Shown here: piece by piece, positions 55,165-64,000 of the stretch
How the letters are laid out: each line of letters begins with the position of its first letter
Numbering within the stretch: position 1 is the stretch's first letter
Assembly: GCA_046563655.1 (NCBI GenBank)
Contig: CM102284.1
Coordinates: forward strand, 310,001 to 374,000
Source of the DNA: Yuukianura sp. NJ FZ-2021
Lineage: Eukaryota
Direction of reading: 5' to 3'
Length of the DNA stretch: 64,000 nucleotides
Position numbers and translations under genes: made by a program
The notes under the pieces: generated by a model
Database searches by the model: none
What the model saw: the letters and a program-made list of their open reading frames with translations, nothing else
What the model was told of the DNA's origin: nothing

Positions 55165-57182
55165 ATGGAGAGAAAGAAACAAAAGACGCATGCGCAGGCG
55201 AACGGACACAAAATGGGTGGGACTGGTGGGTTCTGGAGGTCATTGACCGTGGAACCAGCACTGTTGACCCACATGCTTTCTCTCGTCCTGGTCTACATGG
55301 TCGTACAGGACTTCATGACAGAAAAAGTTTGCTCCGTCAACCTGGGGTACTCGGACAAAGTATGCAAAACACTCATGTCACAAGATGGGTAAACAATATT
55401 TATTAGAATAAAACTACTTTAAAAAAATTTTTTTTCGAAATTTTTCTTTGTTATGATTAAACCTTTGATTTGTAGATCTGGAGATGCTTACCAAGAAGAG
55501 AAAGTCGAAGTGCAGAAGATGATCGGAACATTGATGATGGCTCGGACTTTTCTGGAAAACTTTTTCCCGCTCTTTCTCGTGCTGCTGATTGGTGCTTGGA
55601 GTGACAAGTATGGTCGGAAACTACCGATGCTCTTTGTGCTGGCTGCCTATGTCGTCCAGAACGTCGTTTTGCTTCTCTGTGTCTTCTTTCGACACAGTTT
55701 GGGTGGATGGACGGTTGCTTTGGCCGTTTCCTTGATTCCAGCCCTAAGTGGCAACACTGCCTGCTTCAACATGGCTGCATTTAGTTTTGTGGCAGAGAAT
55801 ACGCCACAGGAAAAACGGACGGCTCAAACAGGAGTGGCGCACTCGATGATGTTTTTTGGCGTGACAGTTGGACTAGCTTTGAGTGGAGTCATAGCAAAAA
55901 GTGGACTTGGATTTGCAAATGTGTTTTTGCTGGGAGTTTTGCTGGAGGGAGCAATTTTTGCCTACGTTTTGCTGGGCGTCAAAGAGAAGGCAAAGAAAAA
56001 AGGAAGTTCTTTTGGTACAATGTTTATGGAAATTTTTGACTTCAAACACATCACGGATGCTGCGGAAGTTGTGACGAAACGACGGGAAGGAAACACGAGA
56101 ACCAAGTTGTACATTTTGCTGGCAGCACATTTTTGTGCCTTTGCTCCCCTTATGGGTAAGTCAAATTTTGCCTTCCTTTTTTTGCTGTTGAGTTAAAACT
56201 AGGGAAGAGGGAATATTTTGTGAAAACTTTTCAAAATTTTGAAAACGATTTAAATTTTTAGGTGAAATGACGGTGTACTTCCTCTTCGGAAACTACAAGT
56301 TCAACTGGGACGGAGGTCAACTGGGGCTGTTTTTGACGTTCAAAAACGTCGTGGGTTTTGTCGGAAACTTCATCACGATGGGCATTTTGACTGAAAAACT
56401 GAAACTGTCGGATCCAGTTATAGGAATCATCGGAGTACTGTCCTTGCTCACCTCCAGTTTGTACTTTGCCAGTGTCAACAGTGGTCATCTCATGTTTGTT
56501 GGTATGACCTTTGACCTTTTTTGACCTCTGACCTTTGACCTCTGACATAATCTGATGTAGCGTTTGACCTCTCCCTGTCAACCACCAATGAGGATTGCAT
56601 CGAACTCAGAAGCTGGGATAGCCAGTGTTTGAGATAATCTAGGAAGGAGCAGATAGCTCAAGGGTTAGAGCGCTTCCCGGATTGAAAAGGCGAGGGTTCT
56701 AATCCCACTCGGATCAAATATTTTTTTGCGATATTTTTGACTCCGTTCTCAACCCAATGTTAGCCCTAAACTTGACATTGACGTTAACTGATTTCTGTTT
56801 TGCTAGGTCCAATTCTGGGCATACTCAGTGGTGCGAGTATTTTTGTGCCAAGGTCAATCCTGTCCAAGATGATGCCCACAGATGAGCTGGGCAAGGTCAA
56901 CTCTTTTCTGGGTTGCATTGACTCCGTGGCTCCCCTCATGGCTGGACCAATCTACTCCCTCCTCTATACTCACACATTCCAAGTATTCCCGGGAACATTC
57001 TTCCTCCTCACGGCACTACTCACCATACCACCACTACTCGGATACTTGTAAGCATCAAAATACTTCCAAGCATCTCAGAATGTACTGGCAGCATTCCACA
57101 AAGTATTTAACACCTGTTTCCTTTTTTGTTTTCCAGGTACTTCCTGTCTCACCCAACTAAAGAAGCGTCCAAGAAAAATTAA
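55165..57182 (+). CDS. SLC46-family (proton-coupled folate transporter-like) MFS transporter, 5 exons
   Basis: TVEP motif, EKVCSVNLGY..VC loop, GAWSDKYGRKLPM (MFS motif A), RSILSK...ELGK, FPGTFF; ~12 hydrophobic segments. Confidence 0.9.
56647..56715 (+). mobile_element. Degenerate tRNA-like element in an SLC46 intron
   Basis: GAGCAGA-TAGCTCAAGGGTTAGAGC...GGGTTCTAATCCCACTCGGATC followed by a T run; closely similar to 2713-2782. Confidence 0.7.
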
Positions 57183-57549
57183 TAATTTTTCTTTTAAAAT
57201 CGCAATCTTAATTTTTTAAACAAAACTAATTTGAATTTGAGAAAAATTAAACTAATTTGAAATTTTTGACTGTTTTACAACAACTCAAAATTTTGTACCA
57301 AAAGATGGTTTCGGATAAGGATTTTTTTTTTCGGCCCAACAATTTTACAATTTTGTGGTTTACAATTTTGTGTTTATATTCTTTTTTTATTTAATTTTTC
57401 TAGTTTAGGATAAAACCTTCTGTCCAGATTTAATTTTGCATTTCAAATTAGTGTTCAAATTCAATTGCATTTCAGAATTTTTGAATTTTAGTTACAATTT
57501 GGAAGTTAGGAAAGTAGTTTTTGAATTTTGAAATTTGAATGTAAGGTTA

Positions 57550-58102
57550 TTAATGCTTAGAAATGTTAAAGCAAGTCCCGACGTATTGGAAGCAAATATT
57601 GGAACAGCATTCGTAATTGGCAACACATTTTTCCCCAGCTTTTCTCTTTATACATATTTCTTCGTTCTTGATGCACTGGGACTTTCGCAAGCATCTGCCA
57701 GCATTTCCAGGAGATTCCAGCACACACCAGTATCTATGGCAACAACGACCAGTACATTCACCACCATCTCCAACACAACCCTGTCAATTACAGCAACTTT
57801 TTAACAAAATTCCAAATTTTGAAATTTACAGTTTCCAAATTAATGTTGTTTTTAAGAAAAATATACCTTAGGTTTTCTTCCTTTCCGCAAAACGTCAATT
57901 TCGTTGGTGGACAGATCACGGTCAGCAACAGCAAAACTTTTGACGCTTTTGCAGCAAAGGACGAGCAAAAATCCAGCAAAAATCAAACTCCACCCACTGC
58001 AAAAATTATAAACGATAAAGTTGTTTAGGTTTTTGGTAATTTAGCATGTATAGAAGGAAGCACCTAGTTTTCGTCAACTTAAAAGTGCAAACTTTACCTC
58101 AT
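57550..58102 (-). CDS. Secreted cysteine-rich peptide with two ICK/knottin-like units (~121 aa), paralog of 39831-40556
   Basis: Exons 58102-58098, 57996-57867, 57780-57550 join in frame: MSGWSLIFAGFLLVLCCKSVKS...RKGRKPK-GCVGDGGECTGRCCHRYWCVLESPGNAGRCLRKSQCIKNEEICIKRKAGEKCVANYECCSNICFQYVGTCFNISKH*. Not present in the ORF track. Confidence 0.8.
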
Positions 58103-59558
58103 GATAATGATTTCGTAAAGTACAAAAAAGTGGAACAGTTTTGAGATGCAGAGATTGAGTTTTCGTTAAACGTTTGGCTGATTTCGGGCGAAATAAAAGA
58201 AGAATTGTTCAAACAGCCTTCCAACCAATCAGAATTTGAGGTCACCGCATTACCCTAAAACCAACGTGACCTCGTGTCACAACCTCAAAAAATAATATTT
58301 TGTGTGACAAGCTAAGGCTCAAATCAACTTAAATTCTGAATTTTAACAAAGAGTTTCGTTGGCTGGCAGTTCTTTTTTGATTTTTCCAGAAATGGAGCAA
58401 CAGCCTTTGCTAACTAGTTCAAATTTTAAAAACCTGCTTTTCAAAATTAAAAAAAAGTTGGTATTTTTACCACTTTCGAAATGAAATGTTTTCTGAAAAT
58501 AATTAGAATTTTGTCCAGAAACTTGTCGACCAACAAATTATGAAAAACATTTTATATTTTGAGTTGGTAAAGCTAGTGCTGAAATTTTTTTGCGGATGGG
58601 CTGGCATGACTTAAAATAAGCAAAAAGTGACCTTAAAGTAAAACCAAAAAGAATTGCAAGAAACAGACACAAACTGAAGTAGAAAAGTAACATTTTAGAA
58701 CATTTTACATTGTGCAGCCACAACAGCCACACAAACACTCACACCATGAATCGCACCATATTTTTGGTAAGAACAAAACTGTTTTTATTTTACAGTTTTT
58801 CAAGGTCACGAGGTCAGGTCAATGACCTTGACCTTGAGTTGACTAAAAGTACATAATTAGAAAAGTCAATTTATTATACAAAGTTTGGAGGAAAACGAGA
58901 ATTGCACTTTTTATGCAAAAGAATTTTTGGGTGTGGGAAGTATGAAATCATCATTTTTTTTAAAGAGAAAATGAAATTTGAAATTTGCGTCGCCGTTTGT
59001 AGAGCGAGTGAATTTGGTAGTGCATGATGCATGCAAATTCAGTCAACCAATGCAGTTCCATACTCCAAAGGATCAATTGACATCAATGTTAAATATAGTT
59101 TTCATTTTTTGCAATGTTGCAAAAAATTGCAACGTGGCAGCAAGTTTGCCTTGTTTTGGTTATTTCATGATTTTAATGCTCATTCTAAAATGAGGGTCAC
59201 GCATCTAATTAATTTTTATATACTCATGTAATATATTAATATGCTGATAAGCATATTATAATATATCAAATTGTAAAGTCTATATTAATGTTTGTATAAA
59301 GTTAAAGAGTGGATTCAAAAGTTATTTTTTGCGAGTATTTTTTGGGGAGGAAATTGGCAAACCACAAAAGAATTGCGATTTTTTTGCAAATTGTGAGTTC
59401 AGACTCATCAGAGTGATCATACTTTTCATTGTTGTTTCTATTTGTGCCTGAGCACGGCCGGACTCGGAAGTGTGTGCAAATATTTTTGCACGAAACCAAT
59501 TTTGGCATCTGAAAAATCTTTTTTATAAAAAGTTACTAAAATTTGTACTAATTTGAAA

Positions 59559-61412
59559 ATGTTTCGTTACTGTGATTTGAAGTTGCGCGGAACAGTGTTC
59601 CGGAGGATGTGGTGGAAAAGTGCATTTCTCATCACATACACGGCAGTTATCGTTTGTCTTCATTTGTACGTTCGCGGCCTAAAAATGGAATTCAAACAAA
59701 CGCTCATTCCAATACTCGGTGTAGTCACTGGTCTTCTACTCGTCTTCAGAACAAACACGGCCTACGACAGGTGAAAACCCGCCAAAATTTCAAAATTTTA
59801 AAATTTCAAATTTTACCGCCAGCATTTTACACGTACTACACTTAAGCAACCTTTTCTAAACAAAAACATGCAAGAAAACGAAGAACGTCTATTACAATAC
59901 TAACGAAATTTGAGTGTTTGTCTGTCCGTCCGTTCGCTTTAACAAAGTACCATCAAAATATACACTATACATTTTTAGCTTACTGCGGATAAATTTTTCC
60001 CTGAACTTTTTTGTTTTCCACTTTTTTGAAATTTTGGTTTTTGAAATTTTGTGTTTCAAAATTTTAGGTACTGGGAGGGAAGACGTACTTGGGGTCAGAT
60101 GACCAACAACATTCGAACTTTGACACGCAGTATTTGGACGTCAGTGAAGGAAAAAGAACCGACGGATTTGATTGAGAAAAAGTCAGTGATAAACATTCTA
60201 ATTGCGTTTGCAGTTGCGACAAAACACTACTTGCGACATGAATATTCTTACGACTACGACGACTTGCGACATTTGATCAAACACCTTCCGACATTCTCCA
60301 CTCCCTCGTCCAATCAGCCTCTAGCAGACCAAGAATGCCCGCCAAAAGTGTCGTGGGTCCGCCAAGCACATGACACAGCCACGCCCACAAACATTCCGAT
60401 TGAGTTGTCGTACTATGTCGCAAGTTACATCAAAGATGTCAGTGGGCGTGGCTTAGTCGAAACTCCCATTCACTCTACTATGCAAGCAGGTGAGCTAAAA
60501 AGGCAGGACTTAAAGGATGGAGGTAGCTCAATGGTGAGAGCGATTAGCCTGGAACGGTAAGATGTGGGTTCAAATCTCACTCCAATCATGGATTTTTTTC
60601 TCTTTCTTGCTATATACAGTAGATGTAACCAACTGGGCATCGATTTCACATGAAAAAGTTCAAAATTAAAGAAAAGTTTTTTTTTTCTGTGAAAATTTAC
60701 AAAATTTTGAAGTTTTTGGAGAAATTTTGATTTTGGCTTTTCGTTTATACAGCTTTGGCGTCTATGACTGAGTGCCTGACAACTTTTGAACGCATTCTAC
60801 GCACACCGATACCGATTGCCTACTCTGTGCATTTAACTTACTGTACCTGGATTTACCTGTTGGCACTTCCGTATCAGCTGGTCAATGACCTGGAGTGGTG
60901 GTAAGCACAGAGTTTCAACTCTTTTCGAAAAAAAAAACGTTTCAAAATTTTGAAAATTTTGAATCCTAGGACACTTGCCGCTGTTGGTCTCGCCTCTATA
61001 TCACTACTAGGAATACTAGAAATTGGAAAAGAAATTGAAAATCCGTTTGGTTATGACGCAAATGATTTGGTAAATGCAAAATTCAAAAAGTTGAAAACCC
61101 TAACTTAAATTTCCAAAATTTTTGAAAAACTTAGCAATTTTTTGGAAATTTCAGCCACTAGACGACTTTTGCCAAGTGATGAAGCGCGAAGTGCGGATGA
61201 TCATAGGAAACAGAATTCCCCCCACCAGTGACTGGGTGTTTGTGAGCGGAAATACGCCGTTCGGTGATTCGTCGACTTTAAATGCGCAGGAGTTGTCAAA
61301 ATTGTCGCTCACAGAATTGCACCAAATCCTGTCTGAGGATGCGCAGAACGCAGTTCCACCCAAAACAAAAGGCAGGACGAACGTAGTTGCTCTCGAAGTG
61401 ACAGAAAAGTGA
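59559..61412 (+). CDS. UPF0187/YneE-type (fungal/bacterial/plant VCCN-like) bestrophin anion channel, 5 exons
   Basis: GLLLVFRTNTAYDRYWEGRRTWG, FAVATKHYLR, NIPIELSYY, FERILRTPIPIAYSVHL, LPYQL, IGKEIENPFGYDANDL-PLD; no animal RFP motif seen. Exons ~59559-59770, 60069-60489, 60752-60900, 60970-61069, 61155-61412. Confidence 0.92.
60516..60587 (+). mobile_element. Degenerate tRNA-like element in bestrophin intron 2
   Basis: GATGGAGG-TAGCTCAATGGTGAGAGC...GTGGGTTCAAATCTCAC-TCCAATC followed by a T run. Confidence 0.7.
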
Positions 61413-63093
61413 TTAACAATTGGATATTACATAATATAACATATAATTCATAGAAATACATATTAATTAATTAATAATAATAATATAATATGAACGAGGA
61501 ACGTCGTTTTCATCAACTCAAGTTATATTTTTATTTAGTACTTCCTAATCCAAATCCAATGTATTTGTAAGTAGGATATATTTCATTACATTTCACATTT
61601 AAATTTTAATGCCGGCCGATGTTGCGTATCTTCATTGTAATCGCACACCTAACAAATAAACAAAAGTCACTTTTGTTTACAAAACTCTTGACATGTAACA
61701 TTTATATATAATAATTAAACAAATTAATATATACATAATAATGAATTATACCATATTATTTTATGAACACTTAATTCAACGTTGAGTTCAACCTCAAAAA
61801 AAAAGTGGCACAAAGCCCCCCTTTTTGTTGTACAACTTTTTGACTTTTAAAATTTAAAATAAGTTGTGGCCTATTAACTAAAATTTCAAAAGAGTTTGTG
61901 AAATTTTAGTGCACTACCTACACTGCAGTTTCTTTCAAGAAAAACTATTGTCATAAAAATTCTCGCCGGTTCAACTATGTCAAAAGTCTAACAAACTCCA
62001 ATTTTTCTCCCGAGTAGTAAAGGATTTTTATCAAAAAACTTCAAAAAATACTTCAAAAAACTTCAAGCGATTGTTAATTAATTCCATTTTCAAAAGTAGT
62101 TTCACACATTGCAGAAACGTGTTTTCACCAAGTACTCGTGTAATATTTTTAATTAGTGCTTCCTCCTCCGAGTCCAATGCATTTGTAAGTAGAATCTTTC
62201 CTAAATTGTGCATTTAAATTTTAATGCATCCACCAGCACTCGGACGTCCATTTTTGCTACATCCTTACGCTATTCAAGTCGTTTAAGAATTCAGTCCAAA
62301 GCTAATGAACTTTTTTTTTGTCACAAACGAGGTCGCGTTCTACTAACGATGACCCAACCAACTGCAGAAAATTTTAAAATTTTAGAAATGACCTAGCAAA
62401 GCAATTTTTAGAAGAAAAAAGCTACGCCTTTTGAATGTTCGAGAAACAAAAAGAAATTGTGACAAAACTTTTAAATTAGGTGTTCAGTAGCTGAAATCGG
62501 CTCACTTTGTTATTGTAGTGCAATAGCTACCACATAACTCCTAATTTTCAAACTTTTTAGTACTTCTTAGTACTCTGAGTTTTAAAAAATAGATGGAGTT
62601 TTACTATTTTTTTTTGGAACTAATAATTGGCTTTGTTTTTCGAAAATAAAGCAAACCTTTTTATTTTATACCTTTTATTTTAAAAATAAAAATAAAACCT
62701 TTTTATTTTTATTTAAAAAAAATAAACTTTTTAATTGCAAAAACGTCGAATTGGTGAATTCCACAGCAAATTTACAGTTTACTATAGTGTTGAGGCGTTT
62801 TTTTCAAAGTCGATACTTCGCTTTTTGCTGTAAATAGCTTTTCGTGCTGTTTTTGCTCTTTATGCTTTAAAAGAAAAAGTTGCTATAAATGTTGCTGCAA
62901 GGAATGCGTCCGAATTCGACTTGGATTTAACGTATTAAATAGCAACATATTTAAAACAAAACAGCAAACGTGAGCTGGTCTCGCTGTTTCCTTCTTTTGC
63001 TTTCAAAGCAAAAAAAGCAAACAACAACAGCATCTGCTTTCAAACACTTCGGAACAGTGCAGTTTTACAACGTTTTTTTAAACTGAAGCGGAA

Positions 63094-64000
63094 ATGTTGA
63101 CCAAGGAGAGTCGTCGTATGCTTGGCCTGTACTTTGGAACTGCCGGTAAAATCGGGTTTCTGCCTTTGCATTGGGACAAAAGGTCAATGACCTTTGACCT
63201 CTCCAGCTCCTCGGGCATTTGGTTTTTCTGGATGGGCGTTATGTGGGCGAAAGTCATTTACCTCACGATCATCCTGGTCAAATTGGTCATAATTGACCAA
63301 GAGAAAGTCCGCAACATTATTTTCCATTTGTTCATCTACCTACCGTATCTTCAAGCGGGAATTCATCAGTTGAACTTGTTTAGAGTTCTGAACGAATATA
63401 AAATTCTCTACAGAGACTTGGTTATATTCAACAATATAAATTTGGGTAAGATACATCTCATTCAATTCGATATGCCGTCCACAACACAAAAATTACCGTC
63501 CGAAACACAACAAACCAAAACCCCGGCCAATACTACACAAAAATAGCCGGCTAAAAATAAATTCCCACTTGAAACAGAAAAGAGAATCCCGAGGAAGGCG
63601 AAAGTATTGCCCAACGCCGGCTGAAACTCTCAAACCAAATTAGGCCGGCTAAAACAATTTCCGCGGCCAAATAAAAACAATTTTTTTTTGTCGGAGATAA
63701 TGTTTTTTTTCTTAATTGAAACTTCGTATTGTAGGAAAACAACCAAAGGTATCGACGGATGAAACTATATTCGACGGATCGGCAGACATGACGAAACGCA
63801 GTATACTCATGATGTTTGGCATTTCTTTTAGCATTTTAGCAATTTCCCTCCAATTTCCGAATTTGCCCCAATTCTATTCTTCTTTATTTTCCACCGATTC
63901 GTCCGCGGTTAATTTTGGTTGTGGCCTCCTGGAGGCCATAACTGCCGCTGTCGCCTGGACAACAAATTTAAGCTACTCTAACATTTTGCCAGCGATGTCT
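63094..64000 (+). CDS. Divergent multi-pass membrane protein, probably gustatory/chemoreceptor-like; runs off the window end
   Basis: MLT...GFLPLHWD N-terminus, several hydrophobic segments, an intron at ~63446-63734, and an open second exon with more hydrophobic segments. Confidence 0.6.

Noticed and set aside
57535-58028. ORF-track ORFs at 57535-58028
   Set aside because: They are antisense or off-frame readings of the double-knottin gene.
58747-58772. ATGAATCGCACCATATTTTTG|GTAAG as a first coding exon of the bestrophin
   Set aside because: No in-frame acceptor could be established ahead of ATG 59559; may be a UTR exon.
59888-59940. Helitron-like 5' end (TCTATTAC...TGTCTGTCCGTCCG), with similar sequence at ~16410-16450
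   Set aside because: Too short, and no 3' hairpin/CTRR end could be located.

Overview
Gene-dense, intron-containing, AT-rich animal DNA from an arthropod. The short introns, lineage-type chemoreceptor gene and microbial-type gene suggest a springtail-like hexapod, but that is inference only. Genes left to right: 5' part of a pancreatic-lipase-family gene lacking its catalytic Ser (-), IFT54/TRAF3IP1 with an X-box (-), dlg1 spanning ~17 kb with candidate alternative first exons and micro-exons (-), TMEM126-like (+), AMMECR1 (-), calpain-7 (-), a CARD initiator caspase (+), MOSPD1-like (+), a secreted triple-knottin (+), an orphan secreted protein (-), an Fcp3C-like-domain protein (-), Phafin/PLEKHF (-), an SLC46-like MFS transporter (+), a double-knottin paralog missed by the ORF track (-), a fungal/bacterial-type (UPF0187) bestrophin (+), and the 5' part of a gustatory-receptor-like gene (+). 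Non-coding DNA holds several MITE-like elements, four degenerate intronic tRNA-like elements, a recurring 15-mer (TGGAGGGAGTAACTA) and many AGGTCA direct/inverted repeats. The most interesting candidates are the multi-knot cysteine-rich peptide pair, the probable horizontally acquired bestrophin, the intronic tRNA-like family and the recurrent motifs. Exon boundaries were inferred by eye and family assignments come from recalled motifs; no searches were run.
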